The notes beneath the pieces are model-generated. The model saw nothing but the letters and a program-made list of their open reading frames with translations. It was not told where the DNA came from and searched no databases. This document shows positions 17,817 to 27,874 of a stretch of DNA of 64,000 nt, piece after piece; position 1 is the first letter of the stretch; each line of letters opens with the position of its first letter. Source of the stretch: an uncultured Eubacteriales bacterium (GTDB lineage: Bacteria; Bacillota; Clostridia; Oscillospirales; Acutalibacteraceae). The position numbers were made by a program, and so were the translations under genes. Location of the stretch: the NCBI GenBank assembly GCA_934463265.1, contig CAKSIU010000003.1:4463-68462 (forward strand), given 5' to 3'.

Positions 17817-18997
17817 ATGTTCTACATAGGAATTGATATTGCAAAACATAAACACGAAGCTTCAGTAATTAGCAGCGACGGAAAACTTCTGTGTGAAAGT
17901 ATCTCCTTCTCCAACACTCAAAAAAGGCTGTGAAAAGCTGCTTGCCTTAATGCAGACGTTTACCATCATTCCAAACAACTGCATTATCGGTATGGAAGCA
18001 ACGGGTCATTATTGGCTGTCTGTATATTCCTATCTGCTTGAGCTGGGATACAACCTTAAAGTTATCAATCCAATTCAGTCAGGCAGTTTCAGAAAAATGT
18101 ATATCCGGCAAACCAAGAATGATTCCAAAGACTCTTTTGTAATAGCTCAGATTATGCGTTTCGGTCAGTTTTCATCAACTTCTCTGTCAAGCGAAAACAT
18201 TATGGCATTACGCCAACTTTCAAGATACAGAATGTTTCTTGTTGACGAATGTTCAGATTACAAACGCAAAGTAATATGCTTATTAGACCAGATATTTCCT
18301 GAATACAATAAACTTTTTTCAGATACTTTTGGAGTTACATCAAGCGAGTTGCTGCATAAATATCCCACTCCTTGTCAACACAACTAAACTCACAAACCTT
18401 ATCAGTAAATGCAGTAATGGCCGTTTTGGCAAAGAAAAAGCGCTTCAAATTAAAGATGCCGCTGCGAATTCTTTTGGAGTTAAATTTGCTGCAGATGCTT
18501 TTGCTTTTCAGATCAGACAAATGCTTTAACAAATCAACTTCATTGAAACTCAGTTGGATGAGCTTGAAATTCAGATAACAAATATGCTTTTTGAAGAAAA
18601 TCAAGTAATCACCACTATTCCTGGTATTGGCAATATTCTCGGAGCAATGATTATCAGTGAAATCGGTGACATTTCAAGATTTGATTCTGCACCTAAATTA
18701 GTTGCTTTTGCAGGTCTTGACGTTTCTGTTAAGCAGTCCTGTGAATTTATCGGCACTCAAAACAAAATCTCTAAAAGAGGTTCCCCTTATCTTAGAAGAG
18801 CTATTTGGACCGCTGCCAACCGTGCTGCTTTCTGTGATTCTGTTCTCTCTGATTACTATCAATCTTTGAAATTTCGAGGTAAACACCATCTTACTGCTGT
18901 TGGTGCTGTTGCAAGAAAACTTTGCAACATTATTTTTGCTGTCCTTCGTGACAACAAGCCTTATCAGCCTATCTCTAAAGAACTAATTATTCAATAG
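17817..18997 (+). pseudogene. IS110-family transposase, disrupted (two frameshifts and one in-frame stop)
   Basis: MFYIGIDIAKHKHEA... runs from ATG 17817 and stops at 17931-17933 after an A6 run (17920-17925). It continues in the +1 frame (..KGCEKLLALMQTF.., track 17893..18387), shifts again near 18370 (track 18329..18529), and has a TAA at 18527-18529 in frame with 18554..18997 (GIGNILGAMIISEIGDISRF..ISKRGSPYLRRAIW). Confidence 0.85.
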
Positions 18998-19105
18998 TTT
19001 TTTAGCTGACTTTAGTTTTGCTATGGTCTTTTTTGTTACTTTTTTCTATATGAAATTTTTTTCTCTTTTCCTATTGACTTTTTATAGCTGGTCTTTTAAA
19101 ATTTT

Positions 19106-19657
19106 TTACTGTAAATTTCGTTCACTTAATTTTTCTCTTATTATCGGAAGCAAAACCGCAACTGCTCCCACCGTAAATATCGTTTTTAACACGGATAAAA
19201 GCGTACCATTCAGAGTCAACAGCAGTGCCGACAAAGGCTCCATTTTTATTAAATATAAATTGATGAGCAAAGATTTTATCGTTCTAAGAATTATATAAAC
19301 TAAACTTCCAACCGTTGCACCTATTATATTATAAAATTGTTTTTCTCCATTTTTGCCATTATTATAAGCAATCATGCCGCAAATAAATGTCATAATAAAC
19401 TTGAAAACAAATGTAAATGGAATCGAAGTAATATAAATTGGATTTAAAATGTCAAAAATAACTGACCCAACGGCAGCTGCTAAACTTCCATAAATCGGGC
19501 CTAAAATAATTCCTGCCAGCAAGCAAGTTATATTTCCAAGATGAAAAGTGGTATTCGTATCGCCTATGGGAATCACCACACCCAAAAATGTTGAAATAGT
19601 TACAAAAGTAGCCATTATGCTGGACATAACCAAATTATACGTATTTGATTTCTTCAA
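19106..19657 (-). CDS. ECF-transporter S component-like membrane protein (substrate unknown)
   Basis: 183 aa with about 6 TM helices. General resemblance to ECF substrate-capture subunits. TTG start after GGAGGAAC. Confidence 0.55.
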   Translation of the reverse strand: MKKSNTYNLVMSSIMATFVTISTFLGVVIPIGDTNTTFHLGNITCLLAGIILGPIYGSLAAAVGSVIFDILNPIYITSIPFTFVFKFIMTFICGMIAYNNGKNGEKQFYNIIGATVGSLVYIILRTIKSLLINLYLIKMEPLSALLLTLNGTLLSVLKTIFTVGAVAVLLPIIREKLSERNLQ

Positions 19658-19816
19658 ACAATAAGTTCCTCCATAAAATATGTTTTATGCTATCATTATA
19701 TAACATTCGAGCACATTTTGAAAACTATATCAACAAAAATTTATAATTCTATAAGTTGAAAAATCAAAAAGGAGAGTATATAATTATAAAAAGGAAAATA
19801 AAGGAGGTCTATAAAA

Positions 19817-20242
19817 ATGTTCTGTACTAACTGTGGTAAAAAACTTTCTGATGGTTCAAAAATTTGCAGTAATTGCGGATTTATTCAAAAAAATTCACCG
19901 CAAAATGAAGTTACTTTGCCTCAAAATGGACAAGCTTCTAGTCAAATTCAGCAAGACGTCAACTTTAATTTAAATGAAACCAGCAAATTATCTTGCAAAT
20001 GCACGAAACCTTTGTCTACTGCAAACTTCTTTTTCACTCAAATTTTATTTCTAATCCCAATTCTAAACATATTTTTCATGATATATTGGTCTTTTAAAAA
20101 AGATATCAACGAAAATTTAAGGTCATATGCGCGCTCCATGCTTATTTGGACTATAATCGCAGCAATAATTTCCGTATTTGCACTCCTTACGTACGTTTTC
20201 ATACAATCCCCATTATCGTTTAGCTTTAGATTTAATGGTTAA
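19817..20242 (+). CDS. zinc-ribbon domain membrane protein
   Basis: N-terminal CTNCG...CSNCG zinc ribbon followed by two TM helices. Confidence 0.6.
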   Translation: MFCTNCGKKLSDGSKICSNCGFIQKNSPQNEVTLPQNGQASSQIQQDVNFNLNETSKLSCKCTKPLSTANFFFTQILFLIPILNIFFMIYWSFKKDINENLRSYARSMLIWTIIAAIISVFALLTYVFIQSPLSFSFRFNG

Positions 20243-20260
20243 AAAATTATAAACAAAAAT

Positions 20261-20296
20261 TCCTTATTAGAGTCTTGTTCTAATAAGGATTTTTTA
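20261..20296 (+). terminator. intrinsic terminator
   Basis: TCCTTATTAG/CTAATAAGGA perfect 10-bp stem followed by TTTTTT. Confidence 0.8.
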
Positions 20297-20298
20297 CT

Positions 20299-21735
20299 TT
20301 AATTTTCTTTTCGATAATTCATAAAAAACGCCATAATATAGCCCAGAAATGTCCAAAAAAAGATACCCATAAAATTAATCTCAGAAAGCAAAGTCTTTTC
20401 AAACAGAGCGAAAATTAAATACGACAAAACACCTATAAAAAGATTTACAAACACGGTATCTTTTAATCGTGAACAATTTTCTAAAAAGAATTTAATCATG
20501 TTAAATAAAACTAATACTAAAAACGTCATGAATAAAACGAAGCCGACTAACCCATTACAAACCAATATAGAAACATACCCGTTATGGAAATTAGAAAAAG
20601 CTATTCCAGATTCAAAATAAATTTTTCCATAGTCAACAATGTTTGTACTTCCAATTCCAAGCAGTGGGCGCTTTGAAAAAATAAAAGCTGCCTGCTTTAA
20701 AAGTAGTCTTCTGCCGCTTCCGTTGCGAATATCATGATTCGGTCTGCCAAAACGTATATCATCAACATCTTCGCTCGAATTATTGCTCATAATTATTGAA
20801 TATAACTCGTCAAGAGCGTTTGATGCACTATTTTGAAAGCAAGACCTTAATGTAAAAAGTCCAAAAATAAGTATCAAACAGCCTAAAAAAAACATAGTTC
20901 CGTGCTTTAGAATCGACTTTACCGATGATATCTTATTTTCTAAAATCATCTTATAAAACAGCCACAAAACAGCGTATCCCACCAAAAACAAAAATGATGC
21001 GATAGAATCACTTAAAATTAAAGCCGCAAAATGCGTTGATACTATTAAAGTTACTAGCAAAATTTTATTTAAACTTTTTTCTATGTTAAAAAATTGATTT
21101 GTTCTGTAAAGTATGTGACAACAAATTATTGAAACCGCTGAACTAAAAGCCAAAATATTAGGATTAATAAAAACTCCGGTAAACCTGACTGAACCCGTAC
21201 TTTTAATTATTCCGATAATTCTTTCGTAGTGCTCGTAATTGTCAATTATAGGAAAAGTCCATTCAAAAGAAAAAGAATCACCAAACAAAAGAATAATAAA
21301 ACTAAGAATCACCAATGATGTAGATATTGTTAATAAAACTTTGCATAATAAAATTATTTCTTTTTTTATTCTCGAAAATTCCGTTCCGCCATATGCCCCA
21401 AAAAATATAAAAAAACACATCGCCGCATGATAAGCCATAGCTAGTCCGGCAAAAAAATTAATCGGAAAACCCATATTAATGTTTATACAAGCCGTAATTA
21501 TCGAAAATATAAGAAATAAAAAAATGATTTTTGAATATTTTATGTTCAAAGTTTTGTTTTTTAGTCGATTTTTCAATATAAAAAAAGACCAGATAAATAT
21601 TGCCACATCGACAACTACCGATATTATATCGAGAAAAACCACTCCGCTAAAAAACAAACTGATAAAAAATGCCACTCTAAAAGCCGACTCATTAAAAAAG
21701 TTTTCGGAACAAACTTTCTTTATTGATTTTACCAA
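20299..21735 (-). CDS. O-antigen ligase / Wzy_C-type polytopic membrane protein
   Basis: 478 aa with at least 10 TM helices and a large loop (RFGRPNHDIRNGSGRRLL) as in the Wzy_C/O-antigen ligase family. Adjacent to sugar-modifying genes. Confidence 0.65.
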   Translation of the reverse strand: MVKSIKKVCSENFFNESAFRVAFFISLFFSGVVFLDIISVVVDVAIFIWSFFILKNRLKNKTLNIKYSKIIFLFLIFSIITACININMGFPINFFAGLAMAYHAAMCFFIFFGAYGGTEFSRIKKEIILLCKVLLTISTSLVILSFIILLFGDSFSFEWTFPIIDNYEHYERIIGIIKSTGSVRFTGVFINPNILAFSSAVSIICCHILYRTNQFFNIEKSLNKILLVTLIVSTHFAALILSDSIASFLFLVGYAVLWLFYKMILENKISSVKSILKHGTMFFLGCLILIFGLFTLRSCFQNSASNALDELYSIIMSNNSSEDVDDIRFGRPNHDIRNGSGRRLLLKQAAFIFSKRPLLGIGSTNIVDYGKIYFESGIAFSNFHNGYVSILVCNGLVGFVLFMTFLVLVLFNMIKFFLENCSRLKDTVFVNLFIGVLSYLIFALFEKTLLSEINFMGIFFWTFLGYIMAFFMNYRKEN

Positions 21736-21770
21736 ATCAATTTCAACCCCTTACACGTCCATTTTAAAGC

Positions 21771-22979
21771 CTAAACCGATATTTCTTTCAAACAATCTTT
21801 AAACGAACTTATTATATAATTCACGTCTTCATCGGTGAGCAGCGTATGCAACGGCAATGTTATCTCATTTTTGTACATATCATAAGCATTTTTAAAATTT
21901 TTAATATTGAATCCTAAATTTTTATAAGCAGTCAACATCGGCAATGGCTTATAATGCACGTTCGTCGCGATACCCTTTTGCGCCATCAAATCTATTAATT
22001 TGTTTCTATTTTTTTCGTCCCGACCGTTCAATCTCACTAAATATAAATGTCCGCTCGACACAGAATTGTCATCAAAATGCTTCAACACAGTAACAGGTAA
22101 ACCTTTTAAAGCTTCATCATAACTGTTTACTATCTGCCTTCTTTTTTCCAAAATAGAATTATATCTACCAAGCTGAACTAACCCTATAGCCGCCATTAAA
22201 TCAGTCATGTTGCACTTATATCCGGGATAAAGTATATCATACTCCCAACTGCCCAAATTTGTTTTCGCGAGCGCATCCTTTGACTGACCATGAAGCGACC
22301 ACAGCATAAATTGTTTATATAAGGCTTCACCGTCCAAGCCCTTACGAGATTTCCAAGTAAGCGCTCCACCCTCTGCAGTAGTCAAATTTTTAACCGCATG
22401 AAATGAAAAACTTGTAAAATCAGCCACAGAACCGCAGACTTCTCCCTTATACCTTGCACCAAAAGCATGAGCCGCATCAGCCACAACAACAACTCTATTG
22501 AAAGCCTTTTGAACATCATTGTTTGCGTTAAATAAAGATTTTTTTCTATTCACAACCTCAAAAATTTTATCGTAGTCGCACATCTTGCCAGCTAAATCTA
22601 CCGGAATTATCGCTTTTGTTTTTGAAGTTATCGCATTTTCCAGTAAGGTATAATCCATCTCGAAGGAATCTTTAGCCGTATCAATCAGCACAGGCGTAGC
22701 GCCAACATGACAAATCACACTTGCTGACGCGGTATATGTATAAGCACTTGTTATGACTTCGTCGCCCGGTCCAACGCCCAAAACTCTAAGAATCAGCTCC
22801 ATGCAAGCCGTCGCAGAATTTAAACATACAGCTTTTTTTGTATTGCAATACTCTGCAATTTTAGCCTCAAAACTTTTTGTTTTCGGGCCTGTCGTTATCC
22901 AGCCTGAACGCAACGCATCAGCAATTTCATTTATCTCTCGCTCTGTAATGTCCGGCGGAGAAAATTTTATAACTTTCAT
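21771..22979 (-). CDS. DegT/DnrJ/EryC1/StrS-family PLP aminotransferase (EpsN/PglE-like)
   Basis: 402 aa. SATACMELIL, DAAHAFGA and SFHAVKNLTTAEGG (PLP-lysine motif). Confidence 0.9.
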   Translation of the reverse strand: MKVIKFSPPDITEREINEIADALRSGWITTGPKTKSFEAKIAEYCNTKKAVCLNSATACMELILRVLGVGPGDEVITSAYTYTASASVICHVGATPVLIDTAKDSFEMDYTLLENAITSKTKAIIPVDLAGKMCDYDKIFEVVNRKKSLFNANNDVQKAFNRVVVVADAAHAFGARYKGEVCGSVADFTSFSFHAVKNLTTAEGGALTWKSRKGLDGEALYKQFMLWSLHGQSKDALAKTNLGSWEYDILYPGYKCNMTDLMAAIGLVQLGRYNSILEKRRQIVNSYDEALKGLPVTVLKHFDDNSVSSGHLYLVRLNGRDEKNRNKLIDLMAQKGIATNVHYKPLPMLTAYKNLGFNIKNFKNAYDMYKNEITLPLHTLLTDEDVNYIISSFKDCLKEISV

Positions 22980-23018
22980 AAAATATTCATCATTTCCTCA
23001 TTATAAATTCAATTTAAT

Positions 23019-23705
23019 TCAGTTCAGCACAGCCAAAACTGTTTTTATCATCAACTTCATGTCGTAAAAAATATTAAAATTCTTAATATATTCAAGATTA
23101 TATTTCATTTTATCCGGCAAAATTTTATTTATGTACACACTTTCGACGCTTTCGTTACTGTCGAGATATTTATCTTCGTCCTTAAAACTGATACTCGCTA
23201 AAGACGTGACTCCCGCAGGCATAAGCAAAGTTGCGAGCATCTCTTCAGAATAACAATCCACGTATTTTTGCACTTCAGGTCGAGTGCCCACAAAACTCAT
23301 CTGTCCTAGCAAAATATTAAATAACTGCGGAAGTTCATCTAACCTCACTCTACGCAGAAAGCGACCCACTTTTGTAATTCTTTTATCATTGTCCAGCGTC
23401 ACCAAGGAGCCAATTTTGTCGGCATTTTCAATCATTGTCCTAAATTTAAAAATCTTAAATGTTTTGCCATAAGTAGTAACGCGCTCTTGTTTATATAAAA
23501 TCGGGCCTTTAGATGTGAACTTTACCAAAATTGCAATAATTACAAAAACTGGCAGCAATAAAATCAGCAAAATTCCCGCTAAAATAAAGTCGAATAATCT
23601 TTTTAATAAAATATCGAATTTTTTTCTGCTTAGAATCTCATAATAATGCCATGTAGTCTCGTTTTTCAAAGCTTCTGGGATTTTCTCCCACTGGCGCAAA
23701 ATCAA
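23019..23705 (-). CDS. small bacterial sugar transferase (phosphoglycosyl transferase, EpsL/PglC-like)
   Basis: 228 aa. [18 protein letters not shown].., [27 protein letters not shown]. Confidence 0.85.
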   Translation of the reverse strand: MILRQWEKIPEALKNETTWHYYEILSRKKFDILLKRLFDFILAGILLILLLPVFVIIAILVKFTSKGPILYKQERVTTYGKTFKIFKFRTMIENADKIGSLVTLDNDKRITKVGRFLRRVRLDELPQLFNILLGQMSFVGTRPEVQKYVDCYSEEMLATLLMPAGVTSLASISFKDEDKYLDSNESVESVYINKILPDKMKYNLEYIKNFNIFYDMKLMIKTVLAVLN

Positions 23706-23788
23706 AATTATAACCTCATTTTTATTTTTGTATTTAACATTCCGTATTTAGTATAGCAAAAATGCACCTTTTTTTCAATAAAAAGCGT

Positions 23789-24667
23789 TTATTTGACACT
23801 CAAAATAAATTTATCCACAAAAGTTATAGAATCGACTATCGACTGCTCATAAATATCAAAGAAACTATCTGTACGATTTTCATCACTCTCCATCGGCCAA
23901 TTCCAAATACTGTGCGTCAAATTTGAATAATCATAGCTGTCGTCCTCTGTTAAATCTCTTATAAAGCTAGACATATACTCATCTTTGCCCTGCCACTTTT
24001 CGATTTTCTTTACAAATGCTTTTTTTAAACCAGTTCTGTCCGTCATGAGACCAAAAAATTTTCTAAAATCACACATAGCCTCAAAAATATCCTCTTTACT
24101 GACGCTCGCATCGTAATTTTCATTTAAAAGCTTACAAAAAAGCTCGCCCATAAAATTTTGCACTTTTTCGTCTTTAGGCAATAAATCTTTTAATCGAATT
24201 TCAGTTGGCAGCTGCTGCTTTTCATATCTTAAAATTATCACATCCAATGTTGATTTTATATTATTCCTGCAAACTTTTAGCGGATAGTCCTTATTTAAAT
24301 CCGCAAAACTTTGTGCGCTAAAATTAATGAATGGAAGCGCAAGCCTGTCTAAAATGCTGTGACAAAAAAATCCAATAAGATAAGATTTTTCCAGTTTGGT
24401 AAAAGTATCTTTGTTAACTGCATCAAAAACTTGCTCCCATAAATTATTAATCTCTTCATCCTGCAAATATGACCCATATTTTCTTATGCTCTCGCCCGAC
24501 TGTCCGGGCAAACACCTGTGAGACAATATAAAATCAGGACCTTGTGCTCCCCATAAAATGGCATTTTTATTATATTCAAACTCCGGATGCAATTTTTTAA
24601 GTCCGTTTACAACCCGTTCCACCTGCAAATAATGCGTTATCGCTGCCGGCATTTTCTTCACTCCCAA
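23789..24667 (-). CDS. zinc-dependent phospholipase C-like family protein
   Basis: 292 aa. N-terminal AAITHY..WGAQGPDF pattern recalled from this family. Function uncertain. Confidence 0.45.
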   Translation of the reverse strand: MGVKKMPAAITHYLQVERVVNGLKKLHPEFEYNKNAILWGAQGPDFILSHRCLPGQSGESIRKYGSYLQDEEINNLWEQVFDAVNKDTFTKLEKSYLIGFFCHSILDRLALPFINFSAQSFADLNKDYPLKVCRNNIKSTLDVIILRYEKQQLPTEIRLKDLLPKDEKVQNFMGELFCKLLNENYDASVSKEDIFEAMCDFRKFFGLMTDRTGLKKAFVKKIEKWQGKDEYMSSFIRDLTEDDSYDYSNLTHSIWNWPMESDENRTDSFFDIYEQSIVDSITFVDKFILSVK

Positions 24668-24726
24668 AAAATATTTCGCGTCAAAATTATAGCATTCACA
24701 AGTATTTTATGCAAATTTTGAGCAAA

Positions 24727-26097
24727 TTAAAAAATTCTCAACCCTTTTGGATATTTATTTTTAAGACGTCCATTTACAGCTTTAGCGTAACCCGTCACAA
24801 TTCCGTCCACACAGACGCCTACATAACTTCGTATTTCTTCTTGCACCGAAATTTCTTCGCCTTTCAAATAAGCCAAAATTTCTTTAGAATCACAAGAAAA
24901 GTCAATTTTAGAACGCAAGTCCTCAGCTTTTGCTGCCATGAATACTGCATGAGCCGGCTCTAATACCGAACCTTTACTTGTTGCAAGTAGTACTCCGGCT
25001 CTTAAAACGTTCAGACCAGAAATATCCGGCAACCCCTCGGGCAAAATAATAAAATTATCAGAAAATTTCTCTATTTTGCCATAAGCCTCACAGCTAAAAA
25101 GAGTTGAAAAATAATCATATCCAAGCTTATTGTCTGCAATTTTAGCTCTTTTATAATTAAAATCCTTGACTTTTTTTGAATTTGCACTTTTTCTTCTAAA
25201 TTTTGCAACAAAATGACCTTCTCCACCGTCTTGAGGAAAAATTCTCCTCGCTTTGCTTGTGTCTATCAAGTTTTTGCCTAAATTTAACTGCTGAGAAGCT
25301 CTTCCAAAGCCACAATTTATATTTTCTAACGTGAAATCTGTATTTTCTTTTAAAAAATTATATACCGTTTGCTCGTTCTCTTCCAACGAAAATGTGCACG
25401 TTGAATATACCATTATTCCGCCCTCTTTTAATACTTTAGCGGCTGTATTTAGTATTGATAACTGCCTTTTTGCGCACATCTTAACGTGTTCTTGCGACCA
25501 GTCTTCTATCGCGCGAGGGTTCTTTCTAAACATTCCCTCTCCAGAACACGGAGCATCTACAAGAACTTTATCAAAAAATCCGGTCAGCTTCTCACACAAA
25601 ACTTCCGGGTGGCACGACGAAACTACGGCATTTCTAACGCCCATACGTTCAATATTAGAAAGCAAAACTTGCGCCCTATTTTTGACTATTTCATTAGACC
25701 ACAGCAGCCCATTTCCATTTAAAGACTCGGCTATCTGCGTAGATTTTCCTCCTGGCGCTGCGCATAAATCTAAAACTTTTTCTCCAGGAACTGGATTCAA
25801 CACCGTAACAGCTGAAGATGCAGATGGTTCCTGAACATAAAAAGCTCCAGCATGATGAAGCGGTAAATTTCCGATAGAATCAATATTTTCTTCTAGATAA
25901 TAATTATTTTTTGAAAAATTTGACTTTTTTATCTTAAATTTAAAGATTTCTTTAAAACGCTCCTCACTTATCTTTAGCGTATTTATCCTAATTCCTTTAA
26001 AGCTCGGCTCATTATAACATTTTATAAATTTTTCGTATTCTTCTTCATTTTTTAAAATTTTTTCAATTTCTTTTTTATAATCTATGGGCAAATTCAT
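24727..26097 (-). CDS. RsmB/RsmF (NOL1/NOP2/Sun) family rRNA m5C methyltransferase
   Basis: 456 aa. VLDLCAAPGGKSTQ, DAPCSGEGMFRK, YSTCT catalytic motifs and a PUA-like C-terminus. Confidence 0.85.
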   Translation of the reverse strand: MNLPIDYKKEIEKILKNEEEYEKFIKCYNEPSFKGIRINTLKISEERFKEIFKFKIKKSNFSKNNYYLEENIDSIGNLPLHHAGAFYVQEPSASSAVTVLNPVPGEKVLDLCAAPGGKSTQIAESLNGNGLLWSNEIVKNRAQVLLSNIERMGVRNAVVSSCHPEVLCEKLTGFFDKVLVDAPCSGEGMFRKNPRAIEDWSQEHVKMCAKRQLSILNTAAKVLKEGGIMVYSTCTFSLEENEQTVYNFLKENTDFTLENINCGFGRASQQLNLGKNLIDTSKARRIFPQDGGEGHFVAKFRRKSANSKKVKDFNYKRAKIADNKLGYDYFSTLFSCEAYGKIEKFSDNFIILPEGLPDISGLNVLRAGVLLATSKGSVLEPAHAVFMAAKAEDLRSKIDFSCDSKEILAYLKGEEISVQEEIRSYVGVCVDGIVTGYAKAVNGRLKNKYPKGLRIF

Positions 26098-26255
26098 GCT
26101 ACAAAAAAACTCCTTAAATTTTTAGAATATTCTTTAATTTTTCGTCAACAATACTATTGCGGCAAAAAAAGCAATGCATATAAAGCATGATTTAACGCCG
26201 TAAAGTTTAATTTTAAATTTCTCAATGTTTACCATTGACATGGGGGGTGAATTTT

Positions 26256-26366
26256 ATGTCACAAAATAATCAAAATAATCAAAACAAAAATAACAACAAC
26301 AACAACAATAACAATAATAACAGAAACGACAATAAAAAAAATAAAAACAGCAACGAAAACTGCTAG
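26256..26366 (+). CDS. possible 36-aa Asn-rich micro-protein
   Basis: Hand-read ORF MSQNNQNNQNKNNNNNNNNNNNRNDNKKNKNSNENC behind the strong RBS GGGGGGTG. Followed by a terminator. Low complexity, so coding status is uncertain. Confidence 0.35.
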   Translation: MSQNNQNNQNKNNNNNNNNNNNRNDNKKNKNSNENC

Positions 26367-26431
26367 TATATCCCCAATGATTTTAAGTTTAAATTAGTAT
26401 TAAAAAGTTATTAAAATAAGATAATTTTTAA

Positions 26432-26470
26432 AAACAACATTCCAATAATGTGGAATGTTGTTTCTTTTTT
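26432..26470. terminator. bidirectional terminator
   Basis: AAACAACATTCCA/TGGAATGTTGTTT perfect 13-bp stem followed by CTTTTTT. Confidence 0.7.
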
Positions 26471-27455
26471 ATACTTTCTTTAAATTCTTTTCATTTTCTA
26501 ATTTTTTATCCGACATTTTCTTGAAAAAATTTGAACGTTCTAGCTCTTTGTCAAACTCTTTAAAGCCCAAACCTGTTATTTCTCCAGCTTCTCCAATCAT
26601 AACAAATGCATTTTTGTCTTCTTCTTTTATTATATCGTAAATTTTATGTACTTCTTGTTTTCTCACAGCACTGAGCAAAACTTCATTTTCTTGAGACGTA
26701 TATGCACCTCTGGACTTTAATGCTGTAACGCCTCTTTTTACTTCATTCATTATGCGTTCAGAAATTTTCTTACTTTTATTCGACACAATAAACATTATTC
26801 TGCCATTGCCTGCACTGCTCCCGTACATCATTGTATCTATAATTTTTGACATTATAAATATTAATATCGCCGCATAAGTTGCTCCATTGATTATAGCAAA
26901 CGGGTCACTGTTGCCAATACTATAAACAACCGCAGAAATTCCTACAACCGTGCCATCTATGCACAGCAAAATTTTCCCAACCGGAATGTGCGGAATATGT
27001 ATTTTTGTCAGCGTGGCCAAAAGGTCTGTCCCACCCGTTGCAGCTCCTCGCATAAATATCAAGCCTAGTCCAAAACCACCGGTAATTCCTGCCAGTATTG
27101 ATGCTATCATCATGTCCCCAGTATACGCTGGCAAAATCGGCACCGTCAAGTCTGCTAAAACGTTTAATGCTACCGTCGCGAACAAATTTTTTATCAGTCC
27201 GCGCCAATTTAATTCTATAAACGCCCACAAAAATATCGGAATATTTATTATTAAACAGAACATACCTTTAGGAAATCCAGTTAAATCACCCACCAACTGG
27301 CCGATTCCTATAACTCCACCAGGGGAAATATTGTTTGGGTCAGTAAAGCAGTTTATCGATATCGCATAAATAAAGCAGCCCAGCAAAATTACAGCAATAT
27401 CCTGTATCCACTGCCAAACACTTGATTTTTTTAATGTAGACATGATTGAATTCAC
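26469..27455 (-). CDS. YitT-family membrane protein (DUF2179 C-terminal domain)
   Basis: 328 aa. Five or six TM helices, then a soluble tail (GVTALKSRGAYTSQENEVLLSAVRKQEV) typical of YitT/DUF2179. Confidence 0.8.
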   Translation of the reverse strand: MNSIMSTLKKSSVWQWIQDIAVILLGCFIYAISINCFTDPNNISPGGVIGIGQLVGDLTGFPKGMFCLIINIPIFLWAFIELNWRGLIKNLFATVALNVLADLTVPILPAYTGDMMIASILAGITGGFGLGLIFMRGAATGGTDLLATLTKIHIPHIPVGKILLCIDGTVVGISAVVYSIGNSDPFAIINGATYAAILIFIMSKIIDTMMYGSSAGNGRIMFIVSNKSKKISERIMNEVKRGVTALKSRGAYTSQENEVLLSAVRKQEVHKIYDIIKEEDKNAFVMIGEAGEITGLGFKEFDKELERSNFFKKMSDKKLENEKNLKKV

Positions 27456-27856
27456 TCCAAATTACATTTTTCAATTAGTTCAAACAGCTCGCGCAATCTT
27501 TTAATATCGCCTTTTAAGTAAATATATCCAATCAGCGTCTCAAACCCCGTTGCATTATGATAATCTGCAACATCCGCATTTTTAGGCGTATGATTTGTAT
27601 GCGCATTTCTGCCTCGTTTAAAAATGCTAAGTTCTTCGTTGGTTAACATAGAAATCAACTTTTTCATAATCTCAGATTGCGCTTTGCAACAAACTTTTTT
27701 AACCTTCATTTTATGCAGCTTTCCAACAGGGCAATTTGCTTTGCATACAAGCTGTTCCCTAATAAGTAAATCATAAACCGCATCGCCAATAAATGCCAAC
27801 GTTAATGGACTTAGTGTTTTGTAATCGCAATCAATAGTATTATACAATCGTTCCAA
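27452..27856 (-). CDS. mrnC: mini-ribonuclease III
   Basis: 134 aa. LAFIGDAVYDLLIRE RNase III signature, size of Mini-III. Confidence 0.85.
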   Translation of the reverse strand: MERLYNTIDCDYKTLSPLTLAFIGDAVYDLLIREQLVCKANCPVGKLHKMKVKKVCCKAQSEIMKKLISMLTNEELSIFKRGRNAHTNHTPKNADVADYHNATGFETLIGYIYLKGDIKRLRELFELIEKCNLE

Positions 27857-27874
27857 TTTTTTACCTCCTGCCGA

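Larger units (their letters stand above)
17600..19060 (+). mobile_element. IS110-family insertion sequence (decayed); boundaries approximate
   Basis: IS110-type DEDD transposase reading frames preceded by about 200 nt of GC-richer non-coding DNA. Composition changes near 17600 and after 19000. No terminal inverted repeats, as expected for IS110. Confidence 0.65.
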
